DNA of 64,000 bases from Patescibacteria group bacterium (lineage in GTDB: Bacteria; Patescibacteriota; Microgenomatia; UBA12405): contig JBMNON010000005.1 of assembly GCA_050943115.1 (NCBI GenBank), positions 369-64,368 on the forward strand, read 5' to 3'. The position numbers were made by a program, and so were the translations under genes. The notes below the pieces were generated by a model, which saw only the letters and a list, made by a program, of their open reading frames with translations, had not been told where the DNA came from and did not search any database. Position 1 is the first letter of the stretch. Every line of letters starts with the position of its first letter. This document shows positions 27,459-37,525 of the stretch, in pieces.

Positions 27459-29225
27459 ATGAAACAACAATGGAACCTAGATGATATTGTCAAAGCAGAA
27501 AACTTTGATCAGCTTTATAGGGAGACGGAAAGGGAAATTGAGGAAATTGACAACTGGATTAGAGAACTAAACCCGGAAATGTCGGAAGACAAGTTTGTTC
27601 ATATTATAGAAAAATGGGAGGAATTGGGGTCAAAGTTAGCCCGCTTGAGCTACCGACCTCATTTAATGGAAGCTGTGGACCAAAAAGACCAAAAGGCCAA
27701 ACAGATGAAAAGTCGGGTGGATAACTTGGTGATTAAGTATAGTGAAAGAATAAGGAAAATAAGCCATTGGATTAAAGGGAAGAGGGTTGAGGGTAAGAAA
27801 ATATTAGATGATAATAATGCCAACAGGCTGTTTGGGGCGATTGAGGATTTAGAATATGAATTAAAACACTCAAGGCTGGCAGCAAAGCACAATCTGGAAG
27901 AGAAGGAAGAGAACATAATAACCAACAAGGACGTAAACGGAGTAAATGTCCTGGTGGACTTAAGAAGCCTGATTGATTCCGAATTTGAGTTTGAAATGGA
28001 AGTTGGGGGAGAAAAAAAACTGTTAAAAACACAAGCAGAGCTATTGGCTTATGTGTATTCCCCTAAGCCTGAAGAAAGAGAAGCTGCCTACAGGACCTTG
28101 CTTGCCAAATACAAAAGTAATATTGATAAGTTTTTTTCAATCTACCAGGCTGTTGTCAAGGATTGGGGTTACGAAGCCAAACTACGGGGGTTTAAAACTC
28201 CAATAGAGGCCAGAAACTTTAGCAACAGAATTCCTAATAAAGCAGTCGAGGTACTTTTGGATGTCTGCAGAGACAACCGAGGAGTATTTCAGGAGTATTT
28301 CAAATATAAAACCAGGGAGTTGGGAGTAGAAAAGCTAAAAAGATTTGATATATACGCGCCGCTTTTAAGTGAAAGTAAAGTTTATGATTATGAACAAGCA
28401 CAAAAATTGGTCATAAGCACATTCTCAGAATTTAGCAAAGGTTTTGCCGATAGAGCCAGTGAAATTATCGAGAATAAACATATAGATTCACACCCCAAAC
28501 CCCTAAAAAGCAACGGAGCATTCTGTGCAACCGTTGAACCAAGAATTACACCATATGTAATGTTAAATTACACCGGTAAAATTAGAGACATATCAACACT
28601 GGCCCACGAACTGGGTCACGGAGTGCATAGCCTGTATGCCAATAACCATCACTACAGCACCCAACACGCCAATTTACCATTGGCGGAGACGGCGTCAACT
28701 TTGGGTGAAATGGTTTTGTTCGAAAGACTCTATGAAATGGAAAAGGACAAGAAAATTAAAAAGTCTATGTTGTCCGAGAAACTGGCTGATTCATACGCTT
28801 CAATTCTAAGACAAAATTATTTTGTAATTTTTGAAAAGAAAGCTCATGAAATGATTCCAAAAGGTATAACAGCAGATGAATTGTCTCAAGTTTGGCTGGA
28901 GACTTTAGAAGAACAGTTTGAAGAATCAGTAGAGGTAGATTCGATTTTTAAAAACGAATGGGCTTATATACCACATATCGTTAGCTCCCCTTTTTACTGC
29001 TATGCTTATAACTTTGGAGAGTTGCTGTCGTTTTCACTTTACGCTAGATACAAAAATGAGGGCCGTGGATTTGTGGTAAAGATTGAAAATATTTTGGAAG
29101 CAGGAGGATCGAAAGATCCACAGGAGATATTAAGAGATATAGGAGTGGATATGACTGAAAGAAGGTTTTGGGAGGATAGCTTCGAAATTATCAAAGGGTG
29201 GATGGATGAGTTGAAATTGTTATAA
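27459..29225 (+). CDS. pepF: M3B oligoendopeptidase F
   Basis: 'TLAHELGHGVHS' HExxH in M3 context, 588 aa. Confidence 0.8.
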   Translation: MKQQWNLDDIVKAENFDQLYRETEREIEEIDNWIRELNPEMSEDKFVHIIEKWEELGSKLARLSYRPHLMEAVDQKDQKAKQMKSRVDNLVIKYSERIRKISHWIKGKRVEGKKILDDNNANRLFGAIEDLEYELKHSRLAAKHNLEEKEENIITNKDVNGVNVLVDLRSLIDSEFEFEMEVGGEKKLLKTQAELLAYVYSPKPEEREAAYRTLLAKYKSNIDKFFSIYQAVVKDWGYEAKLRGFKTPIEARNFSNRIPNKAVEVLLDVCRDNRGVFQEYFKYKTRELGVEKLKRFDIYAPLLSESKVYDYEQAQKLVISTFSEFSKGFADRASEIIENKHIDSHPKPLKSNGAFCATVEPRITPYVMLNYTGKIRDISTLAHELGHGVHSLYANNHHYSTQHANLPLAETASTLGEMVLFERLYEMEKDKKIKKSMLSEKLADSYASILRQNYFVIFEKKAHEMIPKGITADELSQVWLETLEEQFEESVEVDSIFKNEWAYIPHIVSSPFYCYAYNFGELLSFSLYARYKNEGRGFVVKIENILEAGGSKDPQEILRDIGVDMTERRFWEDSFEIIKGWMDELKLL

Positions 29226-29305
29226 ATTTTACATTATTCTTACGGTAAATTAATAAATATTTGACCCGTTTTGAGTTATTATTGTAGGAATAGATTTGTT
29301 TCCGG

Positions 29306-29317
29306 GCTTTTAAAAGC
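29306..29317. promoter_or_regulatory. perfect 12-bp palindrome GCTTTTAAAAGC upstream of crp/fnr-like gene; candidate operator
   Basis: Read directly at 29306-29317; TATAAT at 29331-29336 follows. Confidence 0.3.
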
Positions 29318-29344
29318 ATGGGCGTTAATTTATAATCAGAACCT

Positions 29345-30025
29345 GTGCCAAAAAAGCAAATAAAAAAATTTTTGAATATGGACGAAGAGAACAAGAAAAA
29401 ACTGTTGAGTTTTTTTGAAAAATACCAGCTGGTGAAGTACCGCAAAGGAGAAATAATTTTGCGTCCGGAAGAGAATTTTCCGGGAATAATTTTTGTTAAA
29501 AGCGGCTATATTAAAGCGTTTCGGGTATCTAAGGAAGAGAGAGAAATTGCGCTGCAATTGTTTAAACCAATTTTTTATTTTTCACTGATTAACGCAATTA
29601 CAAATTGCGGCAACAGGCATTACTTTGAAGCAATATCACCAGTGGAACTGTGGATAGCGCCAGTTAGGGAAACCCTGGATTATATTAAAAACGATGAAGC
29701 ATTGAGCAGGGCGCTTTTGGAAACAATACTATGTGAGTTTGTAGATTTGACAAAAAATATCGAACTTTTAATTTCCGGGGATGCATACGGGAAGGTGGCA
29801 GGGTTGATCTATTATCTGGCTAAGAGGTTTGGAGAAGAAAGTGACGATACCACCCAGATCAAATTCAGGATTACACACAGATTAATCGCTAGCCTGACAG
29901 GACTAACCAGGGAAACAGTAACGCTACAGATGATAAAGCTTGAAAAAGAAGGCTACCTAATTAACAAGAATAGACAGGTATTTGTCGAGGACATGGCAAA
30001 ACTAAAAGAAATTGCAGAAATTTAG
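29345..30025 (+). CDS. Crp/Fnr-family transcriptional regulator
   Basis: cNMP-binding beta-roll ('GEIILRPEENFPGIIFVKSGYIKAF') plus C-terminal HTH ('RITHRLIASLTGLTRETVTLQMIKLEKEGYL'). The listed start is GTG; an ATG at 29378 may be the true start. Confidence 0.6.
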   Translation: MPKKQIKKFLNMDEENKKKLLSFFEKYQLVKYRKGEIILRPEENFPGIIFVKSGYIKAFRVSKEEREIALQLFKPIFYFSLINAITNCGNRHYFEAISPVELWIAPVRETLDYIKNDEALSRALLETILCEFVDLTKNIELLISGDAYGKVAGLIYYLAKRFGEESDDTTQIKFRITHRLIASLTGLTRETVTLQMIKLEKEGYLINKNRQVFVEDMAKLKEIAEI

Positions 30026-30033
30026 TGTAGAAT

Positions 30034-30441
30034 GTGGTTATGGAAAAAAGATTATACAGATCCCTTGATAATAGAATTGTTTTTGGTGTAGCTTCGGGCT
30101 TGGGAGAGTATTATCAGATAGATCCAACTGTGGTCAGATTAATACTGATAATCCTAACCATAAGTTCAGGAGGAATAGTATTATGGCTTTATCTTATAGC
30201 TGCTTTAGTGCTACCCAGCGAAGAGACAAATAAGACAGATAAATTAAGGCTAAAAAAGAGTGAAAACAAAGAGAAGACCAGTCAGGGAGGTGGGCTAGAA
30301 AGAAGAAGCTTGTTTGGTCTAATAATCATACTTGTCGGAGCAACATCTCTGTTTAACCAAATTTTCCCCGGTTTTTGGAGGTGGGACATATTTTGGCCCC
30401 TATTGATGGTTTTTGTGGGGGTGTATTTAATTCTTAAATAA
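30034..30441 (+). CDS. PspC-domain membrane protein
   Basis: 'LYRSLDNRIVFGVASGLGEYYQIDPTVVRLILIILT' canonical PspC domain. Confidence 0.7.
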   Translation: MVMEKRLYRSLDNRIVFGVASGLGEYYQIDPTVVRLILIILTISSGGIVLWLYLIAALVLPSEETNKTDKLRLKKSENKEKTSQGGGLERRSLFGLIIILVGATSLFNQIFPGFWRWDIFWPLLMVFVGVYLILK

Positions 30442-31361
30442 TGGAAGGCAAGAATAGTTTCCAAAAAGTTGCAGGAGTAGTGTTGTTGACGGCCGGACTA
30501 CTCCTAGTTCTTGAGAGAATAGGAATTGTGAACACGGAACTACGGAGATTGGTGTTGTGGCCAGCCCTTCTTATAGGTGCCGGAATATTGATGTTATTTA
30601 AAAAATTAAACGGGATTTGGATCGTAACACTTGCAATACTGGCCTTAATACCCCTGACGGCAACAAGGTTTGAGGGACGAAATTTTGACACAAGAATCGA
30701 AACCGAAGAAAAGGATTGGGGAATAACAAGAGTGGGAGAAAGGAGAAACTTAGAGAATTTTTCTAGTTTTGAGATTTGGGGAAGCGGTGAGATGGAAATC
30801 GTCAACAGTGAAGAGGAGTTTATTGTTATTGAGGCAAGAGAAAGGGATATCCAAAACATATTAACAAAAGTTGAGGACGGAGTGCTGAAAATTAGACAGG
30901 AGGATTGGTGGACTGCCGGTTTTAATAGTCCTAAGTACAGGCTAGGTACTAGAAGTTTAAACCGGATTACAATCAACGGAGCAGCCAGCATTAGGAGTGA
31001 AGAACTAAGAAGTAACCAGATAGAAATAATAAATAATGGAGCTGCCAGATTTGAAGCAAAAATAAACAGTCCCACGGTAGAAGTAAAAATGAGTGGGGCG
31101 GGGCTGGTGAATCTGGTGGGAGAAGTGGAAAAGTTAAAGGTAAGTATATCCGGATTGGGTGAGTATCAAGGAAAAAACTTGGAAACAAGGGAGGCTGAAG
31201 TGATAATAAGCGGAGCAGGGAAAGCTGAGGCGGCTGTTAGCGATCTTTTAGAAGTGCGAATCAGTGGCGCAGGTAGCGTTGATTACTGGGGAAACCCAAG
31301 AGTCGAAGAGTCAATATCAGGATTGGGGAATGTTAACAAAAAAGGTGATTTCCAAAATTAA
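30441..31361 (+). CDS. DUF4097/DUF2807 (toastrack/adhesin-head-like) membrane protein
   Basis: N-terminal TMs then repeated 'xxSGAGxxxxxG' beta-strands (MSGAGLVNL, ISGLGEY, ISGAGKAEA, ISGAGSVDY). Confidence 0.5.
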   Translation: MEGKNSFQKVAGVVLLTAGLLLVLERIGIVNTELRRLVLWPALLIGAGILMLFKKLNGIWIVTLAILALIPLTATRFEGRNFDTRIETEEKDWGITRVGERRNLENFSSFEIWGSGEMEIVNSEEEFIVIEARERDIQNILTKVEDGVLKIRQEDWWTAGFNSPKYRLGTRSLNRITINGAASIRSEELRSNQIEIINNGAARFEAKINSPTVEVKMSGAGLVNLVGEVEKLKVSISGLGEYQGKNLETREAEVIISGAGKAEAAVSDLLEVRISGAGSVDYWGNPRVEESISGLGNVNKKGDFQN

Positions 31362-31494
31362 CTGAGGGATTGCAAAGATAATATTCCTTTGATAAGCAAA
31401 TCATAGCTTGGTTTACCTTATTCTTACAAGATTTTTGTTATCCATACATGTTGGGTATGTATGATTGGCAGTAAGAAAGTACTTATAGATTAAG

Positions 31495-32316
31495 GTGGAA
31501 TTTTTTATGAAACATTTTTTTGCCTTAGTTTGGCTGACTATGTTTTTGACAAATGTAAGAATGGCAAAAGCACAGGCAGCCAAGGAAGCAATTGATAATT
31601 TTAAGGAGACAGTTGAAGAAATCCAAGAAGAGATTGGTGTTAACCCAACAGTCCCAGCAGAAGACCCGTCCCCAACAATAGAGGAACCTGAACCGAGCGG
31701 GCCAACAGAAGGACAGTCACCAAGCCCAAGCAAAACTCCGACAACCAGCCCCAATTTGACACCAAAACCCACGGAGAGTACAACACCCACACCGGCTCTA
31801 AGTCCGAGTATTTTACCTACACAAGGCCAGGGAGCGTCTCCAACAGGAGGAATCGGCGGAGTAGCAGACGATGAGGAGCCGCCAAAGAATGATCCAAACG
31901 ACGAAGCAAAAACTGTAGAAAAAAGTGAAAACAAAGAGGAAGACAGTGTTGCGGAGGAAGCAAAAAACAAAGAGCCGGAAGAGAGCGAAAATCAAGAGAC
32001 AGTAAAAGAAGAAGTGGCTAGTACGCAGAATAAAAGCGTGGTCGAAATTGAAACTCAGAGGAGGAGTAGTTTAGGCAGATTAATTCAGGCACCACTTGAA
32101 ATGCTGAGAAAAGAGAGCGAAGGAGAATTATATGAAGATAATAGTTTTAATAGTTCAGAAACGAAGCTTTTTAACCTGATAGGTACTAGTTTGATGGTTA
32201 TCGGGACAATTTTCCTGGAGCCCGAAGCGTTGATGGTGATAAAAGAGAGAATGGCTGAATTGCTGAGCACTTTAACCCGATCAGAACTATTTAAGTTAAT
32301 AAACAGAATGCTATGA
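31495..32316 (+). CDS. secreted Pro/Thr/Glu-rich low-complexity protein
   Basis: Signal peptide; PT-rich linker 'PSPTIEEPEPSGPTEGQSPSPSKTPTTSP...', acidic region, C-terminal TM. Confidence 0.4.
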   Translation: MEFFMKHFFALVWLTMFLTNVRMAKAQAAKEAIDNFKETVEEIQEEIGVNPTVPAEDPSPTIEEPEPSGPTEGQSPSPSKTPTTSPNLTPKPTESTTPTPALSPSILPTQGQGASPTGGIGGVADDEEPPKNDPNDEAKTVEKSENKEEDSVAEEAKNKEPEESENQETVKEEVASTQNKSVVEIETQRRSSLGRLIQAPLEMLRKESEGELYEDNSFNSSETKLFNLIGTSLMVIGTIFLEPEALMVIKERMAELLSTLTRSELFKLINRML

Positions 32317-33494
32317 TCAAAAAGTATATTGGCGGTTTATTCCTGGTTGCCGGAATAATAATTGTCTTAAGTGTCTGGTACGTAAATAATAATTTTTCCA
32401 ATAAAAGCAGACCTTTTTCTTCATACACATTGTTGGTTTCTTCGTGGGAAAGATATAAGGAAAAGTATATTAATGAGGATGGTAGAGTAATTGATTTCTT
32501 CCAGAACAACATAACTACCTCCGAAGGACAGAGCTATGCGATGCTTAGATCAGTTTTTGTCGATGATAAGGAAACTTTTGACAAGGTGTGGAAGTGGACT
32601 AGAGAGAACATGAAAAGGCCTGGGGATAACCTTTTGGGGTGGAAATGGGGTTTAAGTGAAGATGGCGAATATGGTTTCTTGGAGGATGGTGGTGAGAATA
32701 GTGCCAGCGACGCCGAGACAGATATCGCCCTAGCATTAGTATTGGCAAAGAGACGCTGGGGAGGCAACGAGTACCAAGAAGAGGCAAAAAAAATATTAAA
32801 GGATTTGTGGGAATTTAATACAGATGTGATTTTGGGTGAAAGATATTTGATAGCCGGTAACTGGGCGAGAAGTACTAGTGAAATAGTTATCAATCCTTCT
32901 TATTTTAGCCCTTATGCATGGAGAATCTTTAATGAAATAGACGAAGAAAACGATTGGTCAAGTTTAATCGATCCTGCTTATGATGTATTGAGCCAGGTGG
33001 GGAAAGATCCGCTTGACAAGGAATCGGCAGTTGGTTTGCCTCCGGACTGGTTTAGCATCAACAGAGAAGACGGCAGTATAAAACCAAGCACAAATTATGG
33101 ACTTATGAGTCACTATTCATATGACGCAATGAGAGTACCGTTTAGGGTTGCCCTGGACTATGTGTGGAACGATGAAAAAAGAGCCGAAAAATATCTAAAT
33201 GAGTCTTTTGAAAGATTGGGTAATTACTATAAGGCCAATCAAAAACTAGCCAGCTCTTATTCCCACGACGGGCAACCTCTAAACCATAACGAAAGTCCAA
33301 CAATGTATGCGACTGCCTTGGCTTACTTTTTGATTGATAACCCTATTCTTGCAGACAAGATTTATGAGGAAAAAATATTGAGACTATACTCAAACGACGA
33401 AAACAGTTTTAAAGACGAATTGCCCTATTATGACCAAAATTGGTTATGGTTTGGAGCAGCTTTGTACTCCGATTATTTAGTGGAATTCAGTTAA
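32313..33494 (+). CDS. glycoside hydrolase family 8 (endoglucanase/BcsZ-like)
   Basis: 'TTSEGQSYAMLRSV' matches GH8 signature (A/T)SEGQ(S)Y(G/A)M; N-terminal TM anchor. Confidence 0.65.
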   Translation: MIKKYIGGLFLVAGIIIVLSVWYVNNNFSNKSRPFSSYTLLVSSWERYKEKYINEDGRVIDFFQNNITTSEGQSYAMLRSVFVDDKETFDKVWKWTRENMKRPGDNLLGWKWGLSEDGEYGFLEDGGENSASDAETDIALALVLAKRRWGGNEYQEEAKKILKDLWEFNTDVILGERYLIAGNWARSTSEIVINPSYFSPYAWRIFNEIDEENDWSSLIDPAYDVLSQVGKDPLDKESAVGLPPDWFSINREDGSIKPSTNYGLMSHYSYDAMRVPFRVALDYVWNDEKRAEKYLNESFERLGNYYKANQKLASSYSHDGQPLNHNESPTMYATALAYFLIDNPILADKIYEEKILRLYSNDENSFKDELPYYDQNWLWFGAALYSDYLVEFS

Positions 33495-33496
33495 TT

Positions 33497-35062
33497 ATGA
33501 AAACAAGGAACAAGACAATAATACTTCCGTCAGAGAGAGTAAAAAGAGGTGTGCTAATTTTCAGTTTTTTGATATCCCTTTTTTATTTTTCCTGGTGGTT
33601 CCTGCCAGGTAACAGGCTTAACAATGTATTGTTTTACATGCTTCTTTTCGGAGAGGCATATCACCTACTAATGGCCTGGGGATTTTGGTTTACCATATGG
33701 CCCGGGAAAAAAGAAAATTTTGTGAAATATCAGATAGATTTTAGTCCTAGCGTTGATATCTTTATCACTGTTTGCGGAGAACCGGTGGAGGTGGTCCGAA
33801 AAACAGTAAGGGGTGCCAGAGACCAGCTTTATGAAAAGCACAAAGTATACATATTAAATGACGGCAAAGTTGCCAATAAGGAAAATTGGCGAGAAATTGA
33901 AGAAATGGCAAGAGAAGAAGGGGTGTATTGCATAACCAGAACAATTCCGGGCGGAGCTAAGGCTGGAAATGTGAATAACGGACTAAAGCTGACAGAAGGA
34001 GAACTAGTTGCAGTCCTAGACGCCGACATGGTACCGGTGAAAATATTTTTAAGGAAACTCGTCCCCTATTTCCGAGACAAGGGTGTAGGATTTGTTCAAA
34101 GCCCTCAATACTACAAAAACTACGCTGCCAATGAAATCAGTAAAGGCTCATGGGAACAACAAGAATTTTTTTTTGGAAGTATTATGGAAGGCAAGGACAA
34201 AAGCAATGCTGCTTTTGTGTGCGGGACCAACTTTCTTATAAGGAGAAGGGCTTTTGAAGAAGTAGGTGGGCTACAGGAAGACAATATCGCCGAGGATTTT
34301 GTGACTTCAATGCAGATTCACAAGCGAGGTTGGAAATCGAGATACACCAGAGAGGTATTGTGTAAGGGATTGGCCCCAGAAGATATGCTGGCCTACTATA
34401 AACAACAATTAAGGTGGGCAAGAGGCTCGTTAGAATCCCTTTTTGTCAATAATCCTCTTTTCATGAAGGGATTGTCTTGGGGGCAAAAATTCCAATATTT
34501 AAATTCGGCCTTGTATTATTTTAATGGTGTCATAGTTCTTATTGACATAGTAATGCCTTTACTGTTTTTATTCTTTGGATTAAGGCCAGTTGGGGCAACT
34601 TCAACATCCTTCGCTTTGTTTTTCTTACCATTCATGTTCTTGAATTTATATACGCTAAATTTGGCATCAGAAGGAAGACTGACCTACCGAGCCATGTCAT
34701 TTTCCCAATCGAGTTGGGTACTCCAATTAAAAGCACTAAAATCGATAATTTTTAAACAAAAGATGGGGTTTTCGGTAACACCCAAACAACAACAAGAAGG
34801 AAATTTTTTGTATTTAGCTTATCCTCATATTTTCTATATTTTGTTAACAATAGCCGGAGCAGTAGTGGCAATTGGCAGAGAGGGAATTAATTCCAGTGTG
34901 GCCACAAACTTGGCTTGGGGAGGATTTAACACATTTATGTTTTTGCCCTACATCAAAGCGGCATATAAGTGGGAAAGACTGACAAGTAGGTTTAGGGATA
35001 AGCAGCTAAAGCCATCTGTAAAGAAAAAAACTAAAGCGATTTACTTTAAGGAGGGAGTGTGA
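33497..35062 (+). CDS. GT2 processive glycosyltransferase, cellulose-synthase-like
   Basis: 'ILNDGK', 'VLDADMVP' (DxD), 'VCGTNFLIRR', 'QQLRWARGSLE' (QxxRW); TM helices on both sides; start placed at ATG immediately after GH8 stop (track start 33440 overlaps). Confidence 0.7.
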   Translation: MKTRNKTIILPSERVKRGVLIFSFLISLFYFSWWFLPGNRLNNVLFYMLLFGEAYHLLMAWGFWFTIWPGKKENFVKYQIDFSPSVDIFITVCGEPVEVVRKTVRGARDQLYEKHKVYILNDGKVANKENWREIEEMAREEGVYCITRTIPGGAKAGNVNNGLKLTEGELVAVLDADMVPVKIFLRKLVPYFRDKGVGFVQSPQYYKNYAANEISKGSWEQQEFFFGSIMEGKDKSNAAFVCGTNFLIRRRAFEEVGGLQEDNIAEDFVTSMQIHKRGWKSRYTREVLCKGLAPEDMLAYYKQQLRWARGSLESLFVNNPLFMKGLSWGQKFQYLNSALYYFNGVIVLIDIVMPLLFLFFGLRPVGATSTSFALFFLPFMFLNLYTLNLASEGRLTYRAMSFSQSSWVLQLKALKSIIFKQKMGFSVTPKQQQEGNFLYLAYPHIFYILLTIAGAVVAIGREGINSSVATNLAWGGFNTFMFLPYIKAAYKWERLTSRFRDKQLKPSVKKKTKAIYFKEGV

Positions 35063-36534
35063 ATAGGAATAAGGGAAGCGGAGTTGTAATAGCCTGGGTA
35101 GCAGCAATATCGATAGCCATCAGTTTTTTTTTAATAAGGTCGCAATCCATTAGACTAGACGAAGCCCAATCCATTTGGACTTCGAGTAAATCAGTAAAGG
35201 AACTTTTACAGCTGACAGCCAACGATGTACACGTACCACTTTACGGCTTATTGCTGCACCTTGTAATGCAGGTTTTTGGCAACGACATACTTGTTGCCCG
35301 AATGCTTTCATTATTTTTTTATGTGTTAACCATTCCGTTTTTGTACAGATTAGCCAGAGAGTCAAGCGACCGATGGGTGGCAGTATTGACCGTAACATTA
35401 TTTTCATTCTCCCCTTTTATTGTTTGGTATAGCGGAGAAGCGAGGATGTATACTTTGTTTTCCTTGTCAGTGTCGGTTAATCAATTATTCTTTTTAAGAC
35501 TGATAAGAAGTAGGGGAAAACATGGTAAATTGGGTTATTTTATTGGAACACTGACGGGACTATATACCCATTATTTTTTTATTTTTGTATTGGTGAGCCA
35601 GGCATTATATGTGTTTTTCCATAATTTGACGAAGGAAAATGGTGTGGGTTTGAGCAAGAAGTTTAAACTGACATGGCTGGGGATTAGTGGTCTTAGTTTT
35701 TCACTATTCGTACCTTGGGTTTATTTTATGGTGAAATCCGGCTTGGGAGAAGGAATGAGGCCACTTCTGACAACACCCAGTAGTTATAGTATCGTTCAGA
35801 CTTTTACGAATTTTTTATTTGGTTTCCAGGAAGAAGAGGTCCAAAATTTATTTATCTCCCTGTGGCCATTGTCAACAGCATTGTTGTTTTTAATATTTAC
35901 GGAAAAAAATAAGAAGAAAACAAGAAATATTGATTACTTTTTCCTGGTAACCTTTTTACCAGTGCTGTTGGTGTTTGTAATTTCTTACATACAACCAATT
36001 TTTCTATCAAGATATCTGATACTGGTAACACCCACATTGTTCTTCCTGTTAGCGTGGACTATAGGAAACTACCAACGAAGAGTCTCGTTAATTTTGGCAG
36101 AGCTGGTTATTGCGTTAATGGTGGGTATGACTATGTATCAATATTTTTCAAACAAAACACCAGTCAAAGAATCCTATCGAGAACTATCATCATACTTGTC
36201 AGAAAGCGTTGAGCCAAGTGATGTGGTGGCGATAAGTGCTCCTTTCACAATTTATCCAATAGAATATAATTACGAAGGCCAAGCCAGGCTGGTAACCATT
36301 CCTGAATGGAATAGGTATCTGGAAAACAGCAATATTCCAGAGTATAAAGATGATGACCTGGCGGGCATGATGAGCAAATTCCGGGAAAAGTATAAAAAAA
36401 TGTATCTGGTACTATCTTACGACCAAGGGTACGAAAAAGACATTAGAAATTATCTTGATCATAATTTTGAAATAACAGAGCAAAGAGAATTTCCGACAGA
36501 TATAAGTCTGGTTGTTTATAAGTTGAAGTATTGA
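35059..36534 (+). CDS. GT39/GT83 (ArnT/PMT-like) membrane glycosyltransferase
   Basis: Multi-TM protein with early 'IRLDEAQSIWTS' DE-motif loop typical of GT-C family; 4-bp overlap with GT2. Confidence 0.5.
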   Translation: MNRNKGSGVVIAWVAAISIAISFFLIRSQSIRLDEAQSIWTSSKSVKELLQLTANDVHVPLYGLLLHLVMQVFGNDILVARMLSLFFYVLTIPFLYRLARESSDRWVAVLTVTLFSFSPFIVWYSGEARMYTLFSLSVSVNQLFFLRLIRSRGKHGKLGYFIGTLTGLYTHYFFIFVLVSQALYVFFHNLTKENGVGLSKKFKLTWLGISGLSFSLFVPWVYFMVKSGLGEGMRPLLTTPSSYSIVQTFTNFLFGFQEEEVQNLFISLWPLSTALLFLIFTEKNKKKTRNIDYFFLVTFLPVLLVFVISYIQPIFLSRYLILVTPTLFFLLAWTIGNYQRRVSLILAELVIALMVGMTMYQYFSNKTPVKESYRELSSYLSESVEPSDVVAISAPFTIYPIEYNYEGQARLVTIPEWNRYLENSNIPEYKDDDLAGMMSKFREKYKKMYLVLSYDQGYEKDIRNYLDHNFEITEQREFPTDISLVVYKLKY

Positions 36535-36556
36535 GTCTAAAAACTTAAAATAAGAT

Positions 36557-36982
36557 ATGAATTACGTAAAAACAGACAATAAATATATAATAAAAATCAA
36601 GAAGGGTGAAAAAATTGTTGAAAGTCTGAAGCGGTTTTGTGAAGGCGAAAAGATTCAAAATGGTATCGTCAGCGGTGTGGGGGCGGTAGACAGAGCAGAA
36701 TTGGCACATTATCGTGTAGATGCAAAGAAATACACCCCTTTTGTATTAGAGGAGGCATTGGAGCTTATATCTTTAAACGGCAACGTCTTTTTGGATGAAG
36801 ACAAAACTGGTTTAATCATTCACCTTCATTCAGCCTTGGGCAGACCAAGCGGTGAAATGATTGGGGGGCACTTGGTTGAAGCCAGGGTAGCTGCAGCTTG
36901 TGAGATACTGTTTGAAAATACAGAGACAAGTATAAGCAAAAAGTATGATGAAGAAACAGGATTGAAGTTAATGGATCTTTAG
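36557..36982 (+). CDS. PPC/DUF296-domain protein
   Basis: 141 aa; 'GNVFLDEDKTGLIIHLHSALGRPSGEMIGGHLVEARV' resembles PPC (DUF296) core. Confidence 0.4.
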   Translation: MNYVKTDNKYIIKIKKGEKIVESLKRFCEGEKIQNGIVSGVGAVDRAELAHYRVDAKKYTPFVLEEALELISLNGNVFLDEDKTGLIIHLHSALGRPSGEMIGGHLVEARVAAACEILFENTETSISKKYDEETGLKLMDL

Positions 36983-37522
36983 TTATTCGCGACAGCAATC
37001 TAGGATTTTACTTATGACACCGGAAACCTTGCCTAAAAAATCATTTTTAGAATAGTTGACCGAAGCTGTTTGCCCCTCGTCTTGATCCGGATTAATGTCG
37101 GTCATTTTCCCCCTCTCGACCAAGCCTAAATTCAGACCCCAAAAAAGATTATAAAGGTCATATGATTTTTTGAAGAGATCCTGAGCCTCTTTATGTTCGC
37201 CTTTGGTTTGAGCCTTGGTACCAACTTCAAATAAACGCATTGAAGCTGCCAGCAGGTGTTTACTTAGACACCAAAGCTCACCTTCGTAGTCCTTGATAAT
37301 TTTCTTCAAAAGTTCTTTTCTCATTTCCCGGGTTTGATTTAGAATTTGAAAATAGCTAGTTTTGCCGGTTTTATTCCCAGTGAAGAAAAGGTGTTCCTCG
37401 ATGGAAATCAGATTCATGATGGCAATGGACAAATCTTCATCTGAAGACAAGTCGAGTTTTTCGCCTTTTTCCATCTTTTTAACTTTGTTTAGGAATTGTT
37501 GGATATTTTTATCTTCTATCAT
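36983..37522 (-). CDS. hypothetical protein
   Basis: 179-aa ORF, no recognised motif. Confidence 0.3.
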   Translation of the reverse strand: MIEDKNIQQFLNKVKKMEKGEKLDLSSDEDLSIAIMNLISIEEHLFFTGNKTGKTSYFQILNQTREMRKELLKKIIKDYEGELWCLSKHLLAASMRLFEVGTKAQTKGEHKEAQDLFKKSYDLYNLFWGLNLGLVERGKMTDINPDQDEGQTASVNYSKNDFLGKVSGVISKILDCCRE

Positions 37523-37525
37523 TAT

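Noticed and set aside
30434-31075. 213-aa minus-strand ORF
   Set aside because: Antisense to the DUF4097 toastrack gene; low-complexity.
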